Of a DNA stretch of 64,000 bases, positions 24,530-38,047 are shown piece by piece. The translations under genes and the position numbers were made by a program. Location: positions 20,088,001 to 20,152,000 of the forward strand of contig OZ024743.1 in assembly GCA_964016885.1 (NCBI GenBank). The letters run 5' to 3'. The DNA is from Eledone cirrhosa. Taxonomy: Eukaryota. The notes below the pieces were generated by a model. The model was given only the letters and a program-made list of their open reading frames with translations. It searched no databases and had not been told where the DNA came from. How positions within the stretch are numbered: position 1 is the stretch's first letter; each line of letters begins with the position of its first letter.

Positions 24530-24715
24530 TTCGTGAACACAACCACAAGGATATGGTCCAAACGTGGGAGAGCTGAACTCCCACTGTCATCGCCTCCATC
24601 TCTCTCACCCTTTCCATCTCTCCGTATAGTGAGCAAATGGGGTCCCACGTGTGTGCTGACCTCCCCACAGCCGCGGCGGATAAAATGGAGAAGGCGTTTC
24701 CCCGGAGGATGAACA
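24530..24715 (-). mobile_element. CRE-like 3' end, second copy
   Basis: ILRGNAFSILSAAA plus a 3' UTR related to 14760-14915. Confidence 0.7.
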
Positions 24716-25325
24716 TATATCAACTTAATCTCGTGGATGGAATCATTAATATTTTAAAGTTGTTTTTAGTGCAAACCACTTTTCTCTTCTCATGATATTT
24801 TAACATAAAATATCATTTACAAAAGTGATTTTGATCTCATAGGGGTGGATTGTAGAATTTCTATAGAACGTCAAGAAATTAGAAAATTATACATCGAATT
24901 TTTCCTTTTTCTTTCTCACTTTCTTTCAGTAGGCTGCTAAGTACAACTGCCTCATATCTACTGAAGCTGTGTTAGTGTATCTCAACAATTAGTGCCTATA
25001 ACAGTTACATGGATTCATTGTAAATTTGTTGTATCGTTTCTGTTTGTTTTTAGTTGTATTTGCTTATTGTGTGTGCTCTTGTGTTGGTATTTTGTTTATG
25101 TTGCTCTGTTTCTCTTGTCTTGTAGGGATCATACATATCCTAATTTGCCAGGATAAATAAAATAATATAACAATGTTGATGAGCCAACATTGCAAGCAGC
25201 GTGGTTGTTTCAGTTTAAAGACGAAGATGGAAAATGTTTATAAAGAACAGTTGATATTGCTCTGTCTATCTCAATATACCATTGATGTACTAATAAAAAT
25301 CGCAGATATGTTTTTCTCAATGAAT

Positions 25326-27008
25326 CATCATCATTTTTACGTCAATTTTTCCATGTTTACATGCTTTGCACAGGTCCTTTTCTGCCCAGCATATATCCAT
25401 TCATCACATTCTTTTGTCATCTCCTTGAGTCTCAGCGATTTTAGATCAGCTCTCACCACCTATGCCTAGGTCTTCCTAGGTTGACCTCAGTGCAGCTTCC
25501 CTCCACTGGAATTTCCTGGCACATTTTTACCCAGTGATCATCTTCCGTGTGCATCACATGCCTGTACCAACACACATCATTTTGGATTCCTCTTAAGCCC
25601 AGTTTCTCCTTCAGTTTATCCAAACTCTGCCTTTCTCTCACATTTATATTGCACATCCAATGAAGCATGCTCCCTGCAGCCACTGTCTATATTTCACTAC
25701 CATGCAACATTGCACTTCACACACAGGCATTATACAGTTACCCTTTTGTATGCAGGGAGATCCTTTTGTTGTCAACAGCGGGAGTTGCTCTCTAATCTTC
25801 CATCCTATTTTTATTCTAGGTTTTATGCTCTGACAGCAGTCTTCTTTGCTACTAAATAGGTCACCTAAATATCAGAAGCTATCAACCACTTTTGTGGTTC
25901 ATTCCTGTGATGTTCTACATACAAAGTCTCCCTTGCTTGTTAATCTACCTGTTATACCACTACATTTCTTGGGTACCCAGTATTTACATTATTTATATTG
26001 TATAGAGTTTATGCTAACTCCTTTTCTACATGTTTTGCAAGATGATTTATCTGAAGGAATCGGGTGCCATCTTCTTTCCTATATACTTGCACTTTAGTTT
26101 TAGCTAAGTTTCCTTGCCACCCTTTGATTCCAAATTCTGTTTCCATAGTCCAAATGTATTCTCTAGTTCTTTTATGGTTTCAGCTATAAGGACCAAAATA
26201 TCCATGCAAAAACAAGTTCTTTAAATTCTTCTGTTATGACCTGGAGAACTATAATGAATATCTATGGGCTGAAATCCGAACCCTGATGGACTCGTACATG
26301 TACCATAAACTAAACTTACTTCCTACTTTCACTTTAATGACAGTTACTCTGTATATGGCTTGACCTGCTCTCACAAACCATTCTTCTACACCTAATTTCC
26401 TTAAGAATCACCAGATAACAGAAGAAAGTACTCTATCAAAGCCTTTACTAGATCAACAAAAGCTAAATATAGTAGCTTATACTTAGCTAGGAACTTCTCT
26501 TGTAGCTGCTACACTAAAAAGAGGACATCTGTAGTACTTTTCCCAGGCATGAACCAAACTGCATCTCATCTAATTTGAATATTTCCCTAATTAACTATGC
26601 TATAAGTCTTTCTGTCACTTTTGTAACTTGGTTCATTAGGTTCCTCTATATCTGCTCCTTTCTAGAGCCAATCCTTTGCACGTAGCAATTTATTGCTGTA
26701 ATGTTGCACCAGTCATTGGGCATGACTCCATTCTGTATTACCTGATCAACTATGCTTTTAACATCTCATCAGCTATCTCTAACAGTCCTGCAGCTTTACA
26801 ATTCTTCATCTAGCTTCTCTCTTAGCTATCTGGTACCAGTCTCTGCTACACCTATTTTTCCAGTCTTTCCATGCCTTTCTCTTGGCTTTACTGGCTCTCT
26901 CTCCACTGTACTGTTCCAAACCCCCCATCTCTATGTTTTTCTGTATATCTTGTTCTGTCTTTTGTTTAATCTGATGTCAGTGTTAAGGAATACTCATTTG
27001 ACTGCATT
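25326..27008 (-). mobile_element. 5'-truncated RTE LINE inserted in the Gypsy gag
   Basis: (CAT)n tail at 25326; SMLHWMCNINVRERQS motif; ATGAAT duplicated at 25320-25325 and 27009-27014. Confidence 0.85.
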
Positions 27009-28323
27009 ATGAATGATATATATTGCCAAAAAAACAGGTTTACTTTAGCTGTGCATCTAAAGCATTTTAAAATAAAGCATCTACCATTACAATTCCCAAA
27101 GGATTTTCTGATGAGACTAAGTGTTCAGGTTCCTTATTATGATTTGCACAAACTTAATAATGACCCAGAAGAAGAGATTATTAAGCTAGATTTTGTAGCA
27201 GGAGTAGCATCACATAATGCTAAAATGATGTTGCTGGATCATATGAAAGTAAAGAGTGTCACATCTCTGGAAGAACTGTCAAGTTTTGTGTTGATTATTC
27301 ACCTCCAACAGTTTGCTTTAAACACTGTTAAGAAGAGACAGTGTCAAACATTTACAGTTGAACCTGAGAGAAACCGAATTAGCTGTTATAATCCAAAAAT
27401 GGAATGCTAGAATTATGGGTTATAACATATTAATGGAAAATGTCCAGCGTTTTGGAACGTATACTATGGATATGGCAGAAAAAGTTCTTTTTAAGCTTCT
27501 TGTTTGGCCAGCAATGGTAACTTCATTAGTGATGGGTCATTACAGAGCACACTTAAACTGAAATCATTGATTTACAGAAGACATGAAAGAAGTGATACTG
27601 ATGATGAAAATGTGGAAAGGTTGAGAAATGTTAGAATATTAACATTTGTGAAACAGGCAATTTCTTTAATAAGGTTACATGTTCAGTGAATGGTGTTAAT
27701 GTTCCCATGTAGATTGACACTGGAATTGTATGCTCAATCTTACCATTCCATTTGTCTAAGAAGTTGAAATTAACTCTTAATGACACTGATTGATCTAAAC
27801 TTTATGACCATTATGGAGCCCAAGCAAACATTAAATATCAAGGTTTAGACATTACATATGTATTTGTTTTGATTGATACACCATATGGATTTGGAATAAT
27901 TGGTCATGACATTATGAATACAAATAAACATATTTTCTAATGCACTGAAGTGCTACCTTTAATTAATGGATTTCAGGTGAGTGCAAAGTTAAAGGGTCAC
28001 AATTATAAATTCTGTTCTGCTCATTCTGTCTCTACTTGCTTATAACAAAACGTTATATGAGGAACTATGTAGGCTCAAATCAATGGGTGCTATAACTAAA
28101 TAGGATTATAAAAGTGTGAAGAATGTATCACCTGTTGTATGGATTCATAAGTTTGATGGAACTCTAAGAATGTGTGCTGACTACAAAGTACATATAAATA
28201 ATCAAATCCCATTCCAAATATGAATACAGTTTTGCAGGGTTAGAAAAAGCTCAGTATTTTTTGGAAGTTGATACACCTAATGGATATTGGCAAATTGAAT
28301 TAGAGGATGAAGTGAAAGAGATA

Positions 28324-28513
28324 TGAGGGTCGGCTGAAAAGCTTATAGACTGAAAAGTTCATTGAATGGCCAAATAAGGTTTATTTTTCAACATAGTTCA
28401 TGAAAAGAAACAATACAGTTATTTATAAGAAAAGTTGAAATTAACGCATGCAAAATTTCAGTTATAGTATCAATCCTTCATAATCAGCCTATGAACTTTT
28501 CAGCGAAACCTCA
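28324..28513. mobile_element. Mariner-type MITE inserted in the Gypsy RT
   Basis: TA|TGAGGGTCGGCTGAAAAG ... CTTTTCAGCGAAACCTCA|TA; removal restores EVKEIFTIN. Confidence 0.85.
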
Positions 28514-31500
28514 TATTTACAATTAATGCAACAAATGGGGTTTACTTTGTAGAGAGAATGCAGATGGGGATTAAGGAAAGCACACTCCATGTTTCAGGAT
28601 TATGAGGATAATATTGGTAATGTTTCTGAAATAAAGATCTTCTGTGGTTAGATACTAATTCATGCACAGAACTTCTCCAAATTAAAGAGTTGAGAAAAGT
28701 TAGGTCTCATGAGATTAGGTTAAATGCAGATAAATATATTTTCAGGACCCTGTCCATAGAATTTTGGGGGTGTTAATATGTTACTTAAGGGAATGAAGCA
28801 ATGTCAAAAATTGTTTAAATAATTGATTAATATTTATACTCCATGTTGAGAGGCAGATATAGAACATTTTCCTTGGCTAACCACTATCATAAGTTCATAG
28901 AGAGATCTGCTGATATTGTTCAACCATTGTTAGATGCAAAAATGAAGCAATTTTTCTGTACAGGCAAGCAAATTGTAGCATTTAATGAATTGATTACCAA
29001 TGTTCTAATTAGTAAACTGGTATTAAAGCTGTTTTCATTGGAAGGAAATTCAATTTTAACTGTTGATGCTTTTAAATATGCTATTGCAGGCATACTGAGT
29101 TTAATCATTATGTTGCCTATATTAATCACACACTTACAGAAAGTGAAAAGAATTTGTATTATATAGAAAGAGAAGTCTATACCATAGTTCGGTCTGTTCA
29201 GCAATTAGTGTGTTTCTTACTTAATAAAACGTTTGTTTTACAAAGGGATAGCAAACCACTGGAACATATATTCTCCTATTGTTTATCAAAATTTAACTCA
29301 TTGGAACATTTTGATTTCAAAATTTATTATCTAAAGCGTAGCAGTATCCTATATGTTGATGAATTATGATACATAGAACCAACAATAGGTGAGAGAGAAA
29401 GTGTTTGTAGTGGCAGATCCATCATTAGACAATGAAACATATGACCAAGTAATGAATATTGAGTTAATTAGGAAAATCATGAAATATTTCACATTAGATG
29501 AATTCTGTATTATAATTGTTAACCAAATAAAGAACCAAGTTTGGTGAAATGTTGCATCATTAGCAGATGCATTCGCTAGATCTAATATATTTCATGCAAT
29601 TTGAATCACTTTGTTGAAAGTTGTGAGATGTGCCAAACAAAACTATTCCTTGATATAAAGAGTGCAGGTCAATGGTTTCTCACAACGCTATAGCAGTATG
29701 TTCATACTGATTAAGTCAACATTCCACTAATTGATCTATCATTAATTATTATTTATGCCTACAGCACATGAATTGAGACCTGTTGAAGTAAGAACCACTT
29801 ATCAAAAATTGTGAAACGTGTTTTAATGCTAATATTCTCCAAATTTTGAGTTCCAGAATGCTTAGTTTCTGACATTTGGCCAGAATTAGTTATTTCACTC
29901 AATAGTGGAGTAAAATGAGGTGCAAGAAGATTGAAACTCGCACATGCAAACTGATATCAAATAGTGAAGCTGAAAGTGCAATTCCAACCATAAAGCATGA
30001 GCTTAGTAACATAACAAAGTCATACCAACTGGATTAATATTTTGGAGAATGTTGGATGTTTCCAAGAGAAAGGTTTCTTAGCATACCACTAAGACTTGCA
30101 GCAAGCCCATAGTTTGTAAATGGAGAGGAGATTTCATATTAAAGGAAGTTGAACCAGAGAAACGGTGCCCAAAGCTTGTCAAGCTCCTCTTAGTGTGCCC
30201 TGGAAACTGATCCCTGATGTCTGATCTTGATCAGACGAATGACAACCTGAGACTAGCTCATAATCAAGAAGAAAAAGAACCAATTAAATATTTAATGTAT
30301 ACTGGAAGAAATACTGCATAGATATACAAAAATAATAAAATGATACAACTGGCATCAACTAAACAATTATCCTATTGCCATGAAAATGAGATGTCACATT
30401 TACCTGCCACAATGCATCTATACAATCCAGAACAATCTATAACACATTCTATGAAAACGTGCTTTCCAAATAAACATGATGCTGTGATGAAAGATGACAA
30501 TAATGTAAATGGTCATGATACTGTTATTGATAAGGAAGATAATATCCATCACCAGCAAAATAAATTGACAACAACAGATTTCAGTAGTGCAGGTATGGGA
30601 AGAAGTAAAAAATTTCAGGTAACTTAAAGAAACAATCACAATTTGAAGAAGATTGACTGCCATAAAAATTGATTGTAAATTGGTTGTATCTATTTATTAT
30701 TTGTTATATTAGCTATATTTATTGTTTGTGCTCTAGATTTCATATTATGTTTCTCTCTGTTTCTATTGTCTTGTATATTTCCTTATTTGTTTTTGATAAA
30801 TTAAAGAATACAACAATAATGCCCCTCCTCACAATCTCAATTTTAACTGCTTTATTCAAATATTTTCAACCTAAAAAAAATGAGATTTATAAAATATAAA
30901 TTCTACTATCACCTGCACGACACAACAGTTAAACCCGTGGTGTCAAAAATAAATGACCACAGTGTCTCTTTCCAGCTTGGTTTTACATGATGCAGAGATT
31001 GAGGAGAAAGAAAAAACAACCTTTAAGCCATTTTCTAATTCTCTGATGTTTTATAGTTCTATAATCCATCATAACATTTGTAAAAGACATTAAATCAAAA
31101 TATCATTAAAAGAAAAAAAAAAGAAAATTTTATGCAATGGAAAATAATTCCAAAATATATATATGTAGTAGTGTGAACACACTATCTTGAAGATAGTGTT
31201 TTTTGCAATGATATCATTGTATAGTACATTCCTATAGTATATATGTAAATAAGGCACCCCATTTAAAATGTTCAAGACATGCAATGTGTCAAGACAGCAC
31301 CCTACCCTACTATAAGTTAAAGAAACTTTACTTATTTGTTTATATATGTAGATAGAAGTAGCAATGGAATCTGCAGTCTGTTGTTGTTCCTAATTTGTGG
31401 AGGCCATTAAATATAAAGTGATTGATGGAACCCCACCATCGTTTGTATGTGTACACATTCCTAATGGGTTATGATAATTTAGTACCAGTTACATCTGAGT

Positions 31501-31904
31501 ATGTGAAAGTTAAATCATAAGTTTTAAGCCCTAATATTAGATGAAAGTTTGACACCCATATTAGTAATTTGTTAACAGCTTTTTTAATCTCAGGGGGTGA
31601 ATGAGGAGTTGGTGGTAATAGCACGTGTCCATTATCAAAATAGAAATTAGAAAGAGGATTTCTCTAGGGTGCTACAGACTCTTACCTTCAACCACTGGAA
31701 TATGCCACATTTAGAACATTTCTCATCCATATTTCCCACATGGTTTATTTCAATTCCATCTTTTTTTTTTAATTCTCAATAGTTTGATATTGTAAATTGT
31801 CTAAACAATCATTTTTTTTATTAGCTTTGAAGCTGATGTTAATCTTTGTCTCATAAAAAATATATTATTTGTATGTTCTTTTGGTTTTATTATTTTGTAA
31901 ATTT

Positions 31905-32097
31905 GTAAAAGCGTGGTGGATTGGCAGTATCGGTAGAGAGTTGGACACCATGCTTTGAAGCATAGAGTTACATCCCTTTATGATCTGAGTTAAAATCCTG
32001 CCGAGGTTAACTTTGCCTTTCATCCTTACGGGGTCGATAAAATAAAGTACCAGTAATGTACTGGGTAATTGCTGGCCTTGTGCCAAAAGTAGAAACA
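31905..32097 (+). mobile_element. Full-length SINE (family of 17069)
   Basis: A/B boxes and core; TSD attattttgtaaattt (31889-31904, 32098-32113). Confidence 0.9.
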
Positions 32098-32287
32098 ATT
32101 ATTTTGTAAATTTTCGACAATACAGAGAAAGCTTCTTTCTAACATTGAAACAAGACTCTTTCATTGGATTTAAAACAACATCAACTAGATAAATAGACAT
32201 GTATGCCTGTATGTGAGTGCAGGTATAGGCGTTATTGCATGTGTGGATTGGTATGTTTTGAGTTATATGTATACATGTGCATATACA

Positions 32288-32649
32288 TGTGACTTCTGGT
32301 GTCACGCAGTAATACAGAGTACCCGACCTCCCATGGGTACAAGCTGAAGCATATAGACAATATGCCCCCACACTCCCCACCGCAAGGTGGTCGTGGAGGT
32401 GCCACGGCAAAAAAGCACCCAGCCCACACTGTAAAGTGGACGTGTAGGCGCCACGAAAAAGCACCCATCACTCACTGTAAATGAGGTTGGTGTTAGGAAG
32501 GGCATCCAGCCGTAGAAATCAAGCCAGATCAGTTCCTGTATGAGCAAGGCATGGTCAGCCGACCAGACACTGCCCACAATAGGACAACCCGTCTAACCCA
32601 TGCTAGCATGGAAGAACGGACGTAAAACGGTGATGATGATGATGATGAT
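32288..32649 (+). mobile_element. RTE LINE 3' end with (GAT)n tail
   Basis: Near-identical to 35988-36348. Confidence 0.9.
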
Positions 32650-33430
32650 ATGTTTCTGTACTATCTATACGTGTGTATATATAATTATTACATGCTAAAT
32701 TTCTTAAATATTTTACTTATTTTTAGTTCCATTAAGGGACTAACCTTGTAACTTTCTGTGGTGTTAAGCTTCTCAAGATTTGTACTGAGGCAGTTAGTAA
32801 CATATCCCAAAGCCATAATGATCACAGGTACAAATCTAAAGGTATAATCAGAAAGAAGTATCTTTAGATTTGTCATTAGTTCAGCTTAAATGTTTTCCTT
32901 TGTGCTAATCATTAGCAATTATATTGAACATCTGCTGAGTAACTGATTTCTACTACTGTGTGTAACATCTTAAGTATTGAAACTTTTAAAGCTTGCCCAT
33001 ATAACATAAAATGTGTCCTGCTTTTCTGGTTGAAACAGGAACTGAGGACCACAGCAAGCTGACACAATCCCACCTCTGCAGCTAGCTACTTTACCAACAT
33101 CTTCCACATGGTTGCATAACTCTTTCAAAAATCTCCCAGACAAATAGGAAAATAGACTTAACCTTATATTAAATATTGGATCATTCTTGGTACCTCCATT
33201 CTTGCTAGCCATCATTCCATATGTTTGAAGATTTAGTCATGGCTGCTGATTAGTTTGCAGGCTGTACACACATCTGATAATGGAGAATACACGCTTTCAT
33301 CTGCAAAGAATATTAGACAACTAGTTCCTTGAAAGTCTAATATCATGTATTAAAATATATATATCAACTTTTATGTTTATATGTCGAGGACACATTCTTT
33401 CATAACACATCACATTCAAATAATTATATA

Positions 33431-33482
<52 letters not shown>

Positions 33483-33899
33483 TTCATCTAAGTATACTTA
33501 CATTATCATATCTTTGTAAATATATTTATATTATTATGTCTTTATCATTACATACCTGGTTTGTTCATCCCAGGTTGACATTTGTGTTCTTTATTATCAT
33601 CCAGTTTCTTGTTCATTTTGTTATGTTTATATATCACGTAAAAGTCCACAGCAATGTAAAAACTAGTTTTTAACACTGTCAACGTCAGATGGCATGGTAC
33701 TCTTTTATTGTCTAATCTTCAAAGATAACTGCTATAGAGGTTGAAGATGGGAAAATCCCTGCTATGTCATTATTTTCATTCATTTGTATTCTTTGTTCAT
33801 TGCCTCTGTACCATATGTCTTTATACCAACCTTGTGTCCTCCCTCTTCCCCTTCTCTTTTGCTCTTTCTCTTTCTCTCTCTCTCCAAACACATTTTTAT

Positions 33900-34060
33900 A
33901 TATGAGAAACGTCAACAATGAAAAACAACACAGGAGAACAATATACTACAATGGGGATGTATATTACTTTAATGTTTGATTATAACAGGAAAATAGTTTT
34001 AATGTTTTGGGTGTTAGTCCTTCATTGGAAGAAAGATTGAGAGAAAGACGAAATAGGAAG
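33900..34060 (-). mobile_element. Possible degenerate Penelope-like terminus (HHR remnant)
   Basis: Minus strand ttc-caatga-aggactaacacc-caaaac-att could be a decayed CTGATGA...CGAAAC; both core halves are mutated. Confidence 0.25.
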
Positions 34061-34639
34061 ATAGATGAGATTGAAACAAAAAGAAAATGGGAAAACCTTT
34101 TCTTTCTTCGGGAGGAAAACACATGTGCTTATCAGTATATAACTACTAAATGAATCTCAAATTTAAACTTATATCTAAGTATAATTTCATTGTACCTTGT
34201 TGTATTTTTCCTTCTTTTTCTGTGCCTACTATTTCAATCAACTGAACTTGTGAAATTTACTTTACCTTTTTTATCTGTAACCTCATATTTACATAAAGTC
34301 CATTATAAAATATTCATGTATTTTTGTATAGCAGCGTATATGTATATATTGATACATACCAACATTCCTTCACCTGTATAATTGTAATCACATATATATA
34401 TTCAATTGATAAACATACTGTTTTAATTGTTTAATTATATACTATAAATATAACTTTTATTTCTCTTTATCCTATAGAGTACTGTACCCTATTTTTTTAT
34501 AACTAGATAGATTTAAATAATTCTGAATGAAATGAAATATTATTTTTACTGTATATATTACCACAATAAAAATATCTGTATTTCACTCACTTGCTCCAAC
34601 CTTTTGCAAGATTTCATCTATTCAAAATTACTTAGTTTT

Positions 34640-35130
34640 ATTCTGATGAGAAAAGTGATTGCGCAAAATCTAAAAATACACCATCTCAATATTGCTTGAC
34701 TAGCAATTCCTCTCCTAAGCAAAAATGAAATACCCAGTATCTATTGATATATTTTGCCAGATTATATTGAGTATATTTACTCTTTTAACCAGTGGGTTTT
34801 TTTTCCACAAAGAATTCAAATAGTTTGTTTTTTTTACATATAGCGATTACTGATACTATAAACAGATACGTCCATACCTAAAATATAGCTGTTATAATGA
34901 TTATTTTCATTACATTATTATACACAACTTCTACATTTATTTTCTTTGATAAACTAGATAAACTATAGCTAGATGTTTATAGCGATCTTTGATTAAGTTA
35001 AACGACATAATTATTGTAGACTATAGTTGATAAAGTAAATAAATGCTGCATATATTTACTATAAAGCTAATAGAGATATTTAATTTGCATATAAACAATA
35101 GTTTTTTAGTCGATCAATATAATGATGTGT
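34640..35130 (-). repeat. Inverted copy of the 22865-23375 repeat
   Basis: See 22865. Confidence 0.8.
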
Positions 35131-35715
35131 ATCATCAATTCACTTATTAAACTCTCATAAGAGTTATATGTTCTTTATACAGATCACTTTATTATTTACT
35201 TTTTAAAAATATTTTGTTTTAGATGAATTTGTGACATCTCACCTATGAATCAAATAACACATTCTTGTTTAGTTAACTTTCTAAGGAAATATGCTTTGCT
35301 GAGGAGATCCAATAAGATCAAACATGTCTGTTACTTTCATTAATTTGGCATAAAGTCAAGGTGCACACTCGTTCCATTGTCTAAAACAAAACCATCTAAA
35401 CATTTTGGATCAACTACAGTAGTTCTCACTCTTGCTCGCTCCTCAGTATCTGAATTTCCTCACCCTCAAAACTTAGTTTCTGTCTTAAAATTGCAAGTGT
35501 AGTTGTATATTCTCAATTGATTAAAGTTTTTCTACTTGAGTTGATCACATCAGGCAGATCGTTCTTCTTTGGCATTTTTGCCTCTAATCTTTGTTGACAG
35601 CATATTTTTCCCCTTTCCTCTATATATTTTACTATACACACTTCATCGAAGGGATCTAAAATAGGTATATTGCTTTCACCATGTCGGTATAAAGACAAGG
35701 TCTATTCCTACTGTT

Positions 35716-36348
35716 ATGGATGTGTAACAGTAATATACGTGAACGACAAAGCATAAATGAATTGAGAGAGAGACTGAGCATAAGAGGAATCAAATGCTGC
35801 GTGCAGGAGAGGCGGTTACGATGGTATGGACATGTGATGCGTATGAAGGATGACAGCTGCATAAAAAGGTGCAGAGCACTAGAAGTTGATGGAAACCGCG
35901 GAGTGGGGAGACCCAAGATGACTTGGGATGAGGTGATAAAAGCCGACTTTACCCAACTACACCTCTCAAAGTCAATGACACACGACCGTGACCTCTGGCG
36001 TCACGCAGTAATACAATGTACCCGACCTCCCATGGGTACATGCTGAAGCATATAAACAATATGCCCCCCCCCCACCGCAAGGTGGTCGTGGAGGTGCCAC
36101 GGCAAAAAAGCACCCAGCCCACACTGTAAAGTGGACGTGTAGGCGCCACGAAAAAGCACCCAGCACTCACTGTAAATGAGGTTGGTGTTAGGAAGGGCAT
36201 CCAGCTGTAGAAATCAAGCCAGATCAGTTCCTGTATGAGCAAGGCATGGTCAGCCGACCAGACACTGCCCACAACAGGACAACCCGTCTAACCCATGCTA
36301 GCGTGGAAGAACGGACGTAAAACGGTGATGATGATGATGATGATGATG
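35716..36348 (+). mobile_element. 5'-truncated RTE LINE (ORF C-terminus, 3' UTR, (GAT)n)
   Basis: WMCNSNIRERQS...RRLRWYGHVMRM...RGVGRPKMTW. Confidence 0.92.
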
Positions 36349-36504
36349 TCTAAATATATATAGTTCTCTCCATTTCTTGCTTCTTAGTAATTGAACAATA
36401 TTTTTAGAGAATGAAACATATATAGATCAAATAAATAATGTATTAATTGTTGAACCTTGGTGATCTATTTCTTGTATTAATATATGACCTGAGATTATAA
36501 ATCT

Positions 36505-38024
36505 AAGATGACCAGAAGTATACTAGCTGGATTTACCTCTGAATTATCTTTTGCTAATCTGGATGCTGGATAAATACCAGAAAACTTACTATCCCAGTCT
36601 GTTGTCCCAGTTTTCAAAAAGGGAAACAAATCCCTTGCCGTGAATTACTGCCCGATCTCACTCACCTCTCTTATCATTAAAGTATTTGAGAGGGTGGTGA
36701 GATCACAAATGACTCCCTTTCTTGAAAGCAACAATCTGCTGAACTCCAGCCAACATGGATTCCATAATGGAAGGGATTGCATAACGCAACTACTGCCTCA
36801 TTTTTATGATATTTTGAGAGCTTTGGGAGAGGGCTCCAACACTGATGTCATCTACCTTGATTTCAGCAAGGCCTTTGACAGGATTGATCACAACATTCTA
36901 CTGAGAAAACTATCCAATACTAGTGTCGCTGCAGTGGATCAACATATTGTGGTTGAAGGAGTACAATCCAACCCTACCAAAGTCAGTAGTGGTGTCCCAC
37001 AAGGCACTCTGTTGGGGCCACTTCTTTTCATTATCTATATTAATGACATTACTGACATCATCAAGCACAGCAGCATAAGAACCTTCACAGATGATTCCAA
37101 GCTCCAAGTCATCAATGGCATGGGTAACCAGATATGCCTCCAATCTGATCTACTGGCTGTTATCCAATGGGTGGAAAAGAAAAATATACTGCTGAACAAG
37201 GATACATTAGAGTTAATCCACTTTGGAAAAGAGGATGCCCTGAAGCTCCCATACTCCCTTCCTTTGGGTGAAACTACCATGGCATCCAACATCAGAGACT
37301 TGGAAATAATTGTGGACAACAACATAAGCTGGGCCACTCATATAAACAGCAAAGTTGACATGGCCTGCAGATACTTCCAGTCGAGAGATATCCACATTAT
37401 TATCCTTCTCTTCTCCACATTTGCCCAACCCCACCTTGAATACTATTGTCCACAGTGGTCTCCCCACAGAAAACAAAGTTTCATGAAAATTGAATCTCCT
37501 CAACGTTCAATCACGAAAAAGATAGATGGCATGTCAGGCCTTGACTATTGGAGTCGACTAGAAAAACTCAAACTTTATTCACTTCAACACCACCATGAGC
37601 GCCACATTATCTACATGATGTGGAAAATATTCTATCAGCATTGCCCAAATGATGTTGGCATCACCTTTAAAGTACACCCAAGGTACTATCCAGCCACAAC
37701 AAAAATTACACTCGCATCTCATAACAACAATATGGCACAATTATTTCACCTTAATTGGCCCCGCTCTTTTTAACATTTCACCAAAACACATTAAAACAGA
37801 TACAGACCCCAGTTCAAGGAGTCTTTGGACAAAATCCTTCAAGAAATCTCGAATAAACCTCCTACACCCAAATATGTCACTGTAAACAGTAACTCCCTAC
37901 TTGAGTGAGCCATGGTATCCAGATCCTGATTTGAAAGACTTCGCCAGGTGGTGCTATTAAGTTAGACATGGCCTGGGCCAATACTGACCAAAACTTATCA
38001 AAGTTATCAAAGTTATCAAAGTTA
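36505..38024 (+). mobile_element. CR1-clade LINE, 5'-truncated RT
   Basis: FKKGNK...NYCPISLTS, QHGF, YLDFSKAFD, SGVPQGTLLGPLLFIIYIND, FTDD; tail (TTATCAAAG)n at 37995-38024. Confidence 0.9.
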
Positions 38025-38047
38025 TATATATATATATATATACATAT

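Larger units (their letters stand above)
25018..30815 (+). mobile_element. Old Gypsy (Ty3) LTR retrotransposon, full-length but decayed
   Basis: Short diverged LTRs at ~25018-25172 and ~30673-30815 ending in AACA; protease IDTG (~27712); RT SPVVWIHKFDGTLRMCADYK and GYWQIEL..TIN; RNase H LTVDAFKYAIAGIL and DSKPL; integrase VESCEMCQ and VPECLVSD; order PR-RT-RH-INT. Confidence 0.85.
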
